Assembly: GCF_000181795.1 (NCBI RefSeq)
Contig: NW_003526941.1
Location: 9,438,038-9,502,037, forward strand
Source: Trichinella spiralis
Taxonomy: Eukaryota
Direction of reading: 5' to 3'
Length of the DNA stretch: 64,000 nucleotides
This document shows positions 41,671 to 61,717 of the stretch, in pieces. Position numbers and translations under genes: made by a program. The number at the start of each line of letters is the position of its first letter. The stretch's first letter is position 1. The notes under the pieces were generated by a model that ran no database searches, was not told the origin of the DNA, and saw only the letters and a program-made list of their open reading frames with translations.

Positions 41671-43604
41671 TTATCCATTAAACAATTCTCTGTAAGTAGC
41701 TGATTCACGATTCATTTCATCTAAAGAACGCCAGGATTTTTCTGCAACTTCTTTATCGTGCCGATCAAGCTAAGAAAAATACGCAAATGCTCAACCAGTA
41801 TAAAGTATAACCAGTTTGACAGGATTAAATATCACTCTGCTAATCTTAATAAATTGAAATCAGTGTGCTTTAATGCTATTATTTCTCATTTTAATAATTA
41901 CACTGAAAGAAAGGTGGCGTGAAAATACACATACCACACTGTAGATTTCATCGTTGTGTTCGAAATCGCCACGTCTTCTTGGCAATATATGAACATGAAG
42001 ATGCTGGAACAACAAAACAACAACTTAGGAAAATGTTTCAAATAATTAAATAAAAAAAACTCGTATTAAAATATTTTTCACTTTTACTGTTTGACCAGCC
42101 TCAGGACCATCTTGTATGCATACAGTGGATGAGGAAGTTTTATAAAATTTTGCAAGTTTTGATTCAACCAACTGAACGCAATTAAACAGATCGGCAATTT
42201 CATACGAATTCAATTGAGAAAGCTTTTGCACAAATCTCAAAGGAGATACCAGAGTGTCTTAAAAGCAGAAAAAAGAAACTTTTTTACAAATTCATTTGAA
42301 ATATTTTTTTCTTTGAACAACAAAACGCCCACTCACGTCCTTCTACAACAGGCTTGAGATTCACAAACGCATAACAATGCTCTGATCTGTAGAACACACA
42401 ACTGCTTGGAATTCTTTTTTCCGCAAAAGGATATTCTGATATGCTGTCGATATCTAAATGTCAACTATTCACAGAACAAATCATATTTAATATAATGTAC
42501 TGTGTAACCAAAAAATGGAGAAACACGTGACAGCAGTTGATATAAGTCTGTACGTCGATTATTTTGTGTTGGAAATTGTTTTCTCACAGAATTCTCAAAA
42601 TCCAAATCCAAATCACAAACAGCTAAAGATGGTGTATTTGTTGAACACTGAGCCAACACTGTACCCCACGGATCCACAACCATCGCACGTCCATACGATG
42701 AACGCTTATCGTTGTGCTTGCCACACTGGGCGGCCGCTATAACAAAGCACTGACTATCGATGGCACGGCTGCGAACTAAGACCTTGATTAAAAAAATATA
42801 AGCAATAATAATAATAATTTAATAAAGAAATAATCAAACATACTTCCCAATGAGCCATTCCAGTTGAAACTGTAAATGCCGAAGGATAACACAAAACTTC
42901 TGCTCCAAATTGGCGAGCCAAACAGGCCAGTTCTGGAAACCGTATGTCGTAACACTGTGAAATTTTAATTCAATTTAAATGCAATTCTTTGCATTTGGGA
43001 ATAATACAAAAATTTCACGCATACTGTACTAACAAACAATCTCCCTATTGGAGTTTGCACTGGCAATTGCAAATTGTTTCCAGCAATCGTATAACTACTT
43101 TCACGTATACTCTTTTCTCCCGGAATGTCAACGTCAAACAAATGTACTTTACGGTATTTTGTTACAGTATTACCATGATCGTCAATAATTAAATGTGTAT
43201 TATAAACTCGTACATCACTGTCTTCACTCTAAATAAAGAAACAGATAAATAGAATCAACAACTGTGAATTTATACACGATCAGTATGAAGTATTATTACC
43301 TTCTCATGAAATCCACCAAGCGATAGCCAAACTTTCAATTCACGAGCCAACATACGATATTGGTTAATGTAGACGCCATTTTCTTTCTCAGCCAGTTCAA
43401 TGCTTTTTGATTTCGATGCTGCCACATAATCAAAACATTCCGGAAGAAATATCATCTAAATTTAATAATTGCTGTTCATTATTCTTTTATACATTTCAGT
43501 TCATTGAACAGTAAAGTACTGAATGTTATCGATAAATGAAAGCTAATAAATCAAACGAAAACATGTTCAACGGTGTTGTTTCGTTTTATAAATTTTACAA
43601 TGTT

Positions 43605-43658
<54 letters not shown>

Positions 43659-43914
43659 CATCGAATATAACAAATTGTTTCACGTCAACGATAATAAATG
43701 AATATGAAGCATTGTTTCCACATAAATAATTATAAAATAATTCACGTACTTGGGCATGTTTGGTTTTCGCCAGTCGAATCAAACTTTCGCACTGCTTCCA
43801 GTTATGTTGTTTATCGTCTGTAGAAAGCGTCTGACAAATAGCAACCGTCGACCGTGGCATGGAAGAATAAAAAATGCGACTAGATTGAAATTTAATTAAA
43901 CCAAATCTAATCAT
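41671..43914 (-). CDS. nft-1: Nitrilase-Fhit fusion protein (NitFhit), multi-exon
   Basis: Nitrilase triad FLPEC, YRKVHLFD and CYDIRFPE, followed by Fhit AFVNLKPVVEGH, QDGPEAGQTV and the HIT motif HLHVHILPRR. Confidence 0.93.
43612..43655. repeat. (TA)n microsatellite in a NitFhit intron
   Basis: Direct reading. Confidence 0.95.
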
Positions 43915-44079
43915 CTGAAAATAGATTTCAGATCAAAAAAATATCTGAAAGTAAAGCAGAAAGAAATACCGACACTGCGGCTAAACACACATTTAAAATA
44001 TGAAAAATTTTCAAAATTTTAATAATATAATATTATTTAAAAAAAGAAAAACAATCCCTAATATGAATGAAGGAATAAT

Positions 44080-45447
44080 TTATGATTGCCGTGGTCGGCT
44101 ACTCGAACCAAGTCTGTTTCGCTTGGAAGATATTTTTGAAATGTTTTTCCATTTGCCTTTGAGTTTGCTCGATTCGACTTTGTAACGTTCCCGTAATTGA
44201 AAACGCTTCTGCTCCACAAAACGTTTTACTTGCTCTTTACTGGGTGCAGGTTTGATCAATCCCATGCGAACTAAATATTTCACGCTCACAGCTGTGACAC
44301 CAATTGTGGCTGTGTATCTCAAAGGTGTTACAATCTTAAAAACGTAAAAAATATTTCAAAAGAAAAACTAACTTATTAACTAATTAAAATTTATAATAAA
44401 AATATATCTAATACAAATAAATATATAAAAAAATAAAAATCTAATCTCAATTAACTGATACAAAACAGCAATTGAACATATTTTTCAATTAAATTAAAAC
44501 AAAGCTTGATTGCTAAATTACTGTAGTTCTATTAAAAACTGTCGATCATGCAAAGTAAACACTGGAACGTTCGCAATTGCTGCACAAAATATTAAACTTG
44601 AAATATTTGTAGCAGCCATGTAAACAATGGAGTTAAAATTTTAAATTAAATATTACAACTATTAGTTTTCATGTTCGTGGAAACATAAGTGTTTTAGAAA
44701 ATTGAAATTACAAATATTTTCTCTCATATTAAATTCAGTAGTGTTATTTTACAGTTTTGTTGATTAGTGAATAATTTTATTAAAAAGTATGCTAAACAGT
44801 TACTTTGAACATGGCGTACGCAAGAGCTATGTTTCCAGCACGAGGCGCCTGTTTTAAACGATTCAAAATTTGCTCACTGAAGCCCATCGATTCCAATATT
44901 CCGACGAGATCTACTCCACTGAAATAAATCGTTTTGAATTTGATTAAAAAAGCATATTTTTACAGTTGAATTTTACAACCGAATTACCATAGCCATACCT
45001 TGCGGCTAAGTAATAAAACGATCCAAGCCATACAGATGAGGTAATCAAATGAACTGGAACCAGAACATACCAATATCGTTTGAAAGTCAACTTGAATTTC
45101 TGATAAGTTGTCAGCTTAGATTCATCATCAACATCAGCTTTTTTATCCGGTTGCGAACCGTTCGATTTACTAGATTCCAAAGAGGCCAGTGAACGGTGAT
45201 ACTGAATGGAACTAACAGAAAATGTGCATCTCGAATTATGAGAAAGTGAAAGTGATCCATATTTCCACGGAACTATAAATTAATTTATTATAATAAACAT
45301 TAAAAAACCAACTAAGCGGTTGAAGAGCATACCTAATTTTTCAAATTTCAAAAGGGGATTTCGATTAAATGGATAATTTCGCAAAAAATTCAACTTCAAA
45401 CCTCGCCACGATCTTGAGCAACTCGTAATTGCACGTAAAAGTGCCAT
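44080..45447 (-). CDS. FAM210A: FAM210A/DUF1279 mitochondrial protein, multi-exon
   Basis: Presequence-like MALLRAITSCSRSWRG; KFKLTFKRYWYVLVPVHLITSSVW; AGNIALAYAMFKIVTPLRYTATIG. Confidence 0.88.
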
Positions 45448-46553
45448 TAATTGAAAAAAATTAATCTGACAGATCAACTTGCTGGACGATGATAATACTG
45501 GTCAACGATAAATCGATTTTCGAGCAACATCTTTCAAAAATTGAACCACTTTCAACCAATTATAACTTGAAAAAATTTCATACATTACAGATTCATAACA
45601 GTGATAATTGAAGAGATTTGATTTATTTAACAAAAAGTAATTCTCACAATATAAAAATGAAGGTTGGAATGTTCAGCTCAGTTCAAACAGTTGTTTTCAT
45701 CACGTGCTTTCTCCAAAAAGTTTCAAAAATCACTGCTTAACAAAGATTCCTATTTTAGACTAAAAAGAGAATACAGAATAAATTAAGAACGTGCATGAAT
45801 TAACAGACTTCGTCAAAATGAATAAATTAAAATAAAGAAATTTCACAAAACAAACTGCTATTTTGAAAATTACCTATTTATTAAAAAAAAGCTAAATACA
45901 ATCAAAAGTGAAGTAATGTTAATGATATATATTAACTTTGCTGTGTTGTTTCTAAGATATGATTCAATAAAAATGCAATAACGCGAAATATTGCAAACCG
46001 TCTTTCAGCTTACAATAGGAACATATAAAAATATATACATATTGATATTACAACAATTTAATTTCAGTTGAAAAAAATGTAATAATATATGATGAACAAC
46101 TAAGTAGATGTGAGCAATAAAGTTAACAAAAATCAAGTTAAGTAGTCTAAAGGCTTTACAAAGAGGCAAATCAAATCAAGAATTTTATTTTCTAAATCTC
46201 TCATATTCTCTATATTTTTCTCAGCCGTCTATATTCTCACAATATGTTAAACATACACACTTCACTACCAGATAAATAATGCAACAACAATATGAAAACT
46301 GTAGTAAAGATTGCCCGAAATGGAAAAAAACCAGTAAGAAACAACATAACAAACACAATCATAACGCGAATGGACTGAACACATCATCGACAGTTAGAAT
46401 TACCGTATCCCATAATCAGGTTGAAATTCACATCCGGTTTCCGGTAAATTTGGAAAAAAATAACGTACAAGGTGGTGTTTCAGAAATGTTTGCTTCGTTT
46501 GTAAACAACTATACTTGATGGAAAAGAAAAAAGGGTTATTCGAGAGAAAATCC

Positions 46554-46625
46554 TTCCCATGCCGGGATTCGAACCCGGGTCTTGCGGGTGAGAGCCGCAT
46601 ATCCTAACCACTGGACTACATGGGA
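46554..46625 (-). tRNA. tRNA-Glu (anticodon CTC)
   Basis: TCCCATGTAGTCCAGTGGTTAGGATATGCGGCTCTCACCCGCAAGACCCGGGTTCGAATCCCGGCATGGGAA: 7-bp acceptor stem, A and B boxes, and a T4 terminator 3 nt downstream. Confidence 0.97.
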
Positions 46626-47331
46626 GGTTGTTTATTTCCTGGAAACTACATATATAAACTGATTATTAATTAATCATCAAAATTACCAATTTATGGATTG
46701 AGTTCTTTCAACAATTTCCACTTGGACTATTTTCCATTATGAACTTACTTTTTTTTTCTTCAAAAACTGCTTTTGTAAACACGCTCAAATCAAGCGTAAA
46801 TTGAAAGATACGATTGATAAAAAAGAAAAGAAAAAAAATATTCAAATGAAAACACAATAAATTCTACAATAGTTTCATTTTTTTAATTTAAATATCAATT
46901 GTTGCAAATTTCTAACAAACAAGTAAGTGGAAATTTTGGAGCAACGAAAGAAAGCATCGCATACATTTCGCAATAAGAAAGAAAAAATGAGAAGAAAAGA
47001 AAAGCAACACTGAACAAAGAATTAAAAATTAATTTTATGAATAAAATTTATTTTTTTTATCTTTCAATTCTACGGTGATCAGCAATTGAAATGCATCATA
47101 ACTGGAACTAGAGAAACAAAACGACTGTCGAAAATTGTCGTTTCTTTGCTCAAAGCAAACTATTGTGTGTGTTATTGAATGAACAAAAATGGGAATGAAA
47201 AACAAATAAGAAGAAGAAGAAGAAGAAAATAAATAAATTAATTAATAAACAAAATCGCTATAACAAACAAACAAACAACAAAATAATGCAGGGGAAAGAA
47301 AAAGTGAGTTTAAGAGAAGAAGCATGATTGT

Positions 47332-53873
<6,542 letters not shown>

Positions 53874-54425
53874 GCATCACAACTAGTTGAATATGAAGAC
53901 TTTTAAAGTGAAGTGAACATTATTGCAATTGAATTCCCATTTTGCCATAATGACCACAATTTTCTAGTTAACCTGAAAATATAATATATTCTGAATGAAA
54001 TATGACAAAAATAAAACACGCGATTAATAATTATACATCCATAAATGCAATTTAGCATCAAAAATGAGCAGAATCAAAACAGCTTAACTGCCAGTTGTAA
54101 GTTGAATCAAATCCCACAATATATGTATATCAACTCTAGTCGATTACTGCCACAAACGTGACATGTTGAAACTTTGATTCAACGAAGATTTGAAAAAATA
54201 ATCAAATAGAAAGATTAAAATATTGTTACTTTCCAACTTTACAGAGCCAATAAATAATGAAATTCACACTGGTTCATTTAAAAAATGAGATATAAGTTTG
54301 TAAATACAAAAAATCAGTAACAAAATAAATGAAGATATATAATTTAGTCACAAAGCGTTCGCATGAATAAAGCTGGTGATTAGAAGATATCTGATTCACG
54401 CGTACACCGCAACAGCGGTCGTCAA

Positions 54426-54490
54426 GCAGCAAATGCAGCATTAGCAAAAGCAAAAGCAATAGCAATAGCAGCAGAAGCAGCAGCAGCAGC
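54426..54490. repeat. Degenerate (GCA)n/(GCAATA)n tract upstream of ARHGAP39
   Basis: Direct reading. Confidence 0.7.
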
Positions 54491-56021
54491 GGGACTACTT
54501 CTAGCTTCCATATGCCGAAAGATCGATTGCCGAGAACAATAGTAAATAGCTCTTGAAAATGCGACGTCGTGGTCGATGTACAGGTCAGCATAATGCAAAT
54601 GCACTCTTAATGCAATTATGCGAAACACATGCACCTGCTTCATTCAAGTAAATTATAAAAATCAAACAAATACTTGAAAATTCTCTTAAAAAACAGAACA
54701 AGAAAACCACGAATCTTATCCATAATATACGAGCACACAGAATAACTGCAAAATCATTGTACGACAAAATGAAAACAAATCTACAAGTAAACAACCTGGA
54801 CAAATAATGTAAAACGAGTTTACCAACATCCGGAAGATGTTTCTCTGACCAATTTGAGCGTAAACAGCACAGATTACGTTATGACCGTGTTATGGAAAAT
54901 TTTGAAGCCCGCATAGAATGCAATGCGAATTAGCAATTTGATGGTCATCGTAAATAAACATCATTATCTAACACATGCTGGGTGTCAGTCAGTCGGTCAA
55001 TGTCGCGTACTCTTATCACAATCTTCATTGAAAAATAAAAGTACAATGCAACCAGCGGAAATTAAATATAAATTCATTGTGATTGCATCGTTAACAACTA
55101 ATTTAACACCACAATTGCCTCCACTGTTTCGAAATAAAGAAATTTAGATATTTTATTATGTTAAAAAATAAAATCACTAAACAAGGTCGAATATGGAACA
55201 ATAAATGAAATAGTATTAAAACAACTAATCAAATAACAAGCAGTACAAACATTTTCTCAACAGGGTCATGAGATTAGTCAGAATTTATACTGTATTTTTC
55301 TAAATAATGCAGGAACAACTATTGACAACTGTGATCAAAAATAAATTAATGCTGAAAGTTAAAAGATGTTTTCTCTTCAAAAATAATATTTATTCACAAA
55401 AAACTTTATATATTATAAGTAACTACAATAAATATGCTGTTAGTTTTACTTTCGGCTAATTATTTGAGAAATTAATTAAAAAATATTTTTTACAGTAATT
55501 ACAGCGTTACCTGCATTACTGTTACTGTTGTATAAGATTTATTTTGCAAATTTGTTACTTTGATTTCAGTTATTTAAATGATTTATTTAACCTATCAGTA
55601 TAGATAATTGTATTTTGTGTGAAAAACTTGTTTCGTAATTTTGAAATTTCTCTCATCACATTTTTGTGAGCTGTGGTAAGCAGCATTGTACTGAAACATT
55701 TATTTCGGAAATGGACAACGTTTGTTTTTTATCGAAACGAGAAGCTTATTTAAGTTTTACTTGTTTCTTTATTTAGTTAAAAAAACTTAGAATAAGCGGA
55801 AATTTTTCGTATACACTACAAATAGTCCAGTTATTATGAGATGTATAACTTTACCGTAGTAATTTGCCTAGACATGATCAGCAGTAGACATATTGAGTAA
55901 ATTATATTAGTAAAGTTTCTGAAGTTTTCTTTCACTTGTTTAAGGTGAATATTTTTGTCACTGAATAACTGTTATCGTTCATTGTATTAGTGCATTCTTT
56001 TGAAGCTGATTTAACTATTCG

Positions 56022-56948
56022 ATGACAGAAGAAAAGTGTTTTGGTGAGTACCTTTATCCAGTTCACATTGTATGTAAAGTTTTTTCAGACGATAAACAAG
56101 TTATTTTATCATTTTGAGATGTAGTTTGATTATTCGGAAATTTGTATTTATAAATCACTAATATTTCTTCCAGGAAAAGACAAAGTTATTTTCGTTACTA
56201 AGGAACAGCAAGCAGTTCCATTACATCCCGATGTTCAAGCACTCAGTATCTCTTTAGATGACGACGAACGCGGTAAGATGTTGATCACACGACAATAAAA
56301 AGTCGAACTAACATTATCCCTGTATGTATGTTATTCGAAAAGTAGCTGAAGGGGAAATGAGTTTATAAATTATGTAAAGAATTATAACTTATCCCAAACA
56401 AGTTACATTCTATTGTCAAATTGTAAATAACGGTTATTATTTGATTAATTTATATCGAATGCGAAATGGAAATGTGTGTTTACCGGAAATGCAAATTATT
56501 AAATTGATAAAATAATAACAAATCAATACTCAGCGTGTAATATGTTGATTAACAATAATGGGTGGTCGTAAATTCTATAGGCCCAGTACTTGCTAATGGT
56601 GAAATCAACTGGAATTGTCCTTGTTTGGGTGGAATGGTGGCAGGACCGTGCGGTTACGACTTTCGACAAGCATTCGGCTGTTTCCACAAAAGTACCGCCG
56701 ATCCTCGTGGTTCGGACTGCATGGAACAATTTTCCCAGCTGAATGAATGTCTCTCAAAATATCCCAACCTTTACGGCGGCTACGATTCGGATGAGAATGA
56801 AGATACAATGAATTTCGCAGGCGAAAAATCCAATTCAAACACATTTTCTGCCGATGAAAACACTGTTGAAGATCAACAACTTTCTAATGAAAATCAACTC
56901 ATGTTACCTAAATTGTCATCAGAAGCAACAAATCAGAGAAAAGAATAA
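56022..56948 (+). CDS. CHCHD4: Mitochondrial IMS oxidoreductase MIA40/CHCHD4; exons 56022-56043, 56174-56272, 56581-56948
   Basis: N-terminal [24 protein letters not shown] (CPC) and twin CX9C. Confidence 0.95.
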
Positions 56949-57040
56949 AAAAATATTATTATTATTTTAAATTTATTATTATTTCATCGAATTAATTCGA
57001 AAAATTCTCTTTATAAATGATATTTCCAATTTTTCAGCTT

Positions 57041-57303
57041 TCAAGGCGACATTGAATCGAAAGTATCTATTGACGATAGCACATTTGCTACATAAACACC
57101 CACTGAAAACATCAATGCAGATTTCACCACAGACCTGTGTATAAAACACAATAATAATAAATAGATTAAAAAAATTAAATAAAATAAACGAAAGAAAATA
57201 CATACCACTGGAAAGGATCGTTGTAGATGCTGCTGAGAGCGCTACGCAGTGTGATCTTTCTGGATTTATCCCCAGACTTTCTTCGTGAAATTCCACTGTG
57301 CAT
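57041..57303 (-). CDS. TOMM6: TOM6-like outer-membrane microprotein, 63 aa; exons 57303-57206 and 57134-57041
   Basis: Spliced frame MHSGISRRKSGDKSRKITLRSALSSIYNDPFQWSVVKSALMFSVGVYVANVLSSIDTFDSMSP across a 71-nt GTATGT...ACACAG intron; resembles the Tom6 tail-anchor motif F-x-x-G-V-aromatic-x-A-x-x-L-S-x-I-D. Confidence 0.7.
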
Positions 57304-57567
57304 TTTCTTCTATTCCAACAGCGAAAATAATAAAGCGGCTTAAATGGAGAATATTATAAACAATTCCAATCAGCAGTTCAGTAATCAGTATTCATGTTCG
57401 AAACATGCCATCAAATCACACAATGTTGCCATAATTTAAGCAAAGACAACATTTTTTTATTACCAATAAAAATTAATGAACGATTGAATTGAAATACCAA
57501 TAAACTATTGGCAACAATGAAACAACAGTGCACACGGGCACAAAAGTCACACAGGTCACAACAATTA

Positions 57568-57710
57568 TTAAAATTTAGACCGATTGAATTCGGTTACAGA
57601 TAAATCAGTCACCGATGACTCATTGCAGCAGAAAGCATCTTCAAAATCTATCAGTACACTTTTCACGGCGTTGTACCAACTAAATAAAAAATTTAGAAGG
57701 AAATTTCTAC

Positions 57711-57752
<42 letters not shown>

Positions 57753-60700
57753 CTTGTGAGTAATTTCGTTCGTATCGCCTTTCAGTACCATTTTCAATGA
57801 CTGACTTTGCGTAGTCATCACTTGATTTTTGTGTGAAATTTCAAGCATATCTGGCAGGCCTTCGACACCTCGTATTTTAAGCGCTTCATAACTGATCAGC
57901 ACAACTTTCCACTTGCAGACTTTGTCCTGTGAAATTAAGATTTTTCAATTCAACAGAAAAAAGTTTTTTTTTCTTTACAAAAAAATTAAAAAACATCCTA
58001 CCTCAGACGCAGCATAAAATTCCATCACACTGTCCTTGCGCAAAATGCACCAGTATCGTTTCCACGCATCCCTCTTTCTCTGATGCCAAACGTAACCTTT
58101 CATCACACAGTCGTCGTCGAGGGTTATCTTAAAAAAATCAAATAAAATAAGCTTAACTTTTTTTGAAAAAAAAACATCTCACCAAATTGCCATTTGAAGA
58201 TTTTTTCTGCTCAACTCTACATCTCGGAGGAAAAAACATGTTACATTTCAAAAATTCAGGACTAAATATTTTTGAAGATGCATCCGCTCCGAAAGCTAAA
58301 TCAAAAATAAAAAAACAATATTATCAATAAAATATTATTCCAATTATTTATTCATCATTATACATCTATTCAGTAAGATATCATAACAAAGCGGACAGAC
58401 AATTTCAACTGAAAAATCTGCATATTCCAAGGGAGCCTTCCCTATACATCTGCGACAAATCACCTAAACGCAAAAGTAAAAAAAACATTTAATAGTCAAT
58501 AAAATTAATTAATAAGTTTCAACAGACCTTTCCACATGCACGACAATGATGACGACGACGAAGTGTTGTAAAAGGAGTAATGCAGTGTTGACACATGGTT
58601 ACACGATCGTCCGGTACCCAAGGCGGAGCTTTCCGACCTATTTCTTCTGTTGGACTTTGTTTATCACCATGAACAGAAGACTAAAAAAGAATAGAAAAAA
58701 AATTTAAATTATGCAAAATAGACATTTTATAATAAATAAAATTAAACATTTTCAGATTGTTCCAATGTCAAATTGCAGTCCGAGAATCTACTTTTGGACA
58801 TTTGCATTGCTTCCTTAATTGCCTTTATCCATTCGTCACGCTCAGATAAAGATCTTGAAATAAATTCAGTTGAAAAGTATAAAAAATGTTTAAAATATAC
58901 TTGGCAAGAATGATGATAGAACGACGCTGACTTCTAAGGTGAAATTCTTTCGATGTAGCATCATTCTTCGGCAACACAGGCATATCCAAAGTTTCCAGCG
59001 GTAATACATTACGCACCCGAAGCATGCTGCTTCCATGCACCACCGGAGCGCAGTACAAAAGAATATCATTAAACTGAAATAAATTCATTATTTTATGCAA
59101 TCAAATTGCGAAATATTTTAACAACAATAATACATACTAAAACCAAAAAGCGAGGATGAATTTCTTTGCGAGAATGTTTCATCACTTCCCCTTCTTTGAG
59201 CAACTTCCGGCCTGGTTGAACGATTTCATAATCACTGTACAATCGACGCTGCAAGTGAAACATTTTACGCAAATTGTCCCCTTCAACCAAGCCATGTTCA
59301 ATTTCCAAAGCAACACTCTCCAACAATCGTTTAGCTTCTGTAAAAATTAATCAAAAAAGCGAATTTAAATTAGCCAAAAAATAAAATATTCAATTCTTGA
59401 TCAAAATTACCAAGCGCTGATTTATATTCTTCTGAATTTGGAGAGCAATATTTCAAATAAGTTGACAACAAAAGCGGATAACGGCAAATTCGTTGATGAA
59501 CACAGTCCAGCTGATGCACCAAAAGTAAACCGCCGAAATGCTTTTTCTAAATCAATATCAATATTATACAAATCGAAAAAAAAATTCACTCTTCTTATAC
59601 AGTATACTGTTAAATTTAAATTATAGAAAATGACGTTCAGGCGCCTTTTTCTTTTTTATCAAAGCACCACCGAACATGTAATAGTTCTTGTTGTTGTTCC
59701 AATTATGTCAATATAAATATTACTTAAAGAAAGTGAATAATTGTATTTTAGAAGGAAGAAAAAAAGCAACCTAAAAATGCCAAAATGAAAGCAAAACTTA
59801 CGTCTACATATCAGATAAATTAAACCAGAAAAAAGTTCTCAATAAAACGATTGACAAGAATTTATAAAATAATGCATATCCTGAATGATGTGAAAAAAAT
59901 TGAACTTCAATGACCTCAAAATTATGTACTGCCGCGGCGAAATCAGGATATTGCCTGCAATTTTGAATAAGTTGTGTTGCCAATTCTTCTTTTTGTTGTA
60001 AAAACATTCGACTCATCTTCAAAAAATGACCCACTTTTAAAAGAATATCGGCAATTTGTGGTCGTGATGTCCTAAAATCAAACAGATCAATAACTGCGGA
60101 AATTTTTTTTCTCTGAAACAACTAAAAGCAACACAATAACGTGGATCGACCATGATAAAAACAGATTTTGATTTGTGATCAATTTAAACATTACAAACAA
60201 CAGTGAATCATCGAAACTGAGTGGGCTGCCATCGAATTACTCACCAACTATCTAATCTTGACTGCAATCGTTCTGCTATCTCCAGATGAAGCTTACGCAA
60301 TGCATGCAAATGTCGAGCAATTTCATTTGATACATCCGGTTGAACAAGAAGACGTTGATTGATCAAGCTTTGACTTTCTATAAATTTGGGAAAATCCTAA
60401 AATAATAATAATAACAATTTTGAAAGTGGAATTCAAAATTTTCAAATTCAATTACAACGCTCAGTGCTTTCAAAGTATTTACATAGGCCCATTCAGTTCT
60501 GCACATCTCTTCGGCAACTCTGTACAACTTATCTTTCTGTTGTGGCTATATAAATAAAAAAAGCATTAAAAAACAGAATAAAAGTAAAAATAAAAAACAA
60601 CCTCTTGATATATAATTTCTTCCTCTTCGGACGATTCACTAGCAGAATATACACCACTGCTTCTTTCGGAAAAGTATGAATCATGACCAGGCAAATAGTT

Positions 60701-61156
60701 ATATCGCCTGTTTTCGTTCAACTTTTTCAAAAGCGACTTCCTCCATTTCGACGACCTACGCGACAAACTGAGATCGCCAAACGAGAAACTGTGACGAAGG
60801 GAATTGCAACTTGAGCTCTGATGCAAAGCGTTCTCAGAATGCCAACGATGAAAACTTTGACTTTTCACAAGAACAGGCAAAGTAACTCTACGCTTATCAT
60901 CACATTGAACATTGGACTTTCTGATAATGAAAAAAAGAATATGCTGAAAATTTATACTTTGAGCGAAAAAAACACAATACCGATCATTCCCAAAAATAGG
61001 CGGAGCAGGAGCTGGCCGAACTGCCCGCAGTGGAGAATTGCGAAGATGCCTGTATTTCTCCACCAAGTGTAAAGGCTTGGGTGGAACAGGAGGTGGTACA
61101 GCAGATCGCATCAAAAGAAATTCACTACTATCCACATATCCAACACCAGATACCAT
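57568..61156 (-). CDS. FGD-family RhoGEF (DH-PH-FYVE-PH), multi-exon
   Basis: [15 protein letters not shown]...[34 protein letters not shown]...[25 protein letters not shown]...[17 protein letters not shown]; second PH ending NWYNAV. Confidence 0.9.
57713..57750. repeat. (TAT)n microsatellite forming most of the last FGD intron
   Basis: Direct reading. Confidence 0.95.
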
Positions 61157-61717
61157 TGAAAATACTCGTCAAATTGCATCAAGCTCAACTACAGAAAAAA
61201 AATTTTCATCAAGAAGACAATAACAGTACTTCACAGAAATAAAAGGTTTATTTCATTTATGAATTTTAATTAATTTTCAATAACAAAAACTCACCACCTA
61301 AAAGAAAGTACAAAAAATAAAAAGAACTTGAACAACCATGTTTACAAACAACAGTATTTCAATAATGCAAGTATAGAGAAATGTATTACAGTATGAAACT
61401 GAAATGTATGCTGTAAAACATTAAGAATTAAAAATGGTATCATATCTTCGATTAATGTTCGATTTTTTAAATTACTAAAAATAAATTGTAACTAAACGTA
61501 ACAACACTTTACTGTATCTTTTAAATAATGGTATTTTTATACAGTAGAAAGCATAAAAGTTTAATATAGTGCCCGCGTTAGTTTAAATAAATAAACAAGT
61601 AAATAATATACATCTAAATGCGCGTGTGTGTATGTTTATGAAATTTAATAGAGTAAATTTTATTCCTATAAATAACAACTGAACAGAAAATTATATCCAA
61701 TATATTTACGAAAATGT

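Noticed and set aside
42425..42434. U12-type donor ATATCCTTTT on the minus strand
   Set aside because: It lies inside the open Fhit coding exon (EYPFAE).
41671..43914. Nitrilase-Fhit fusion as a novelty
   Set aside because: A well-known fusion in nematodes and flies.
54274..54643. Poly-Leu and poly-Ala ORFs
   Set aside because: Generated by a (GCA)n-type repeat upstream of ARHGAP39; no coding signature.
56979..57296. 105-aa minus-strand ORF from the track
   Set aside because: It reads through an intron in the wrong frame; the spliced TOM6-like frame explains the region better.
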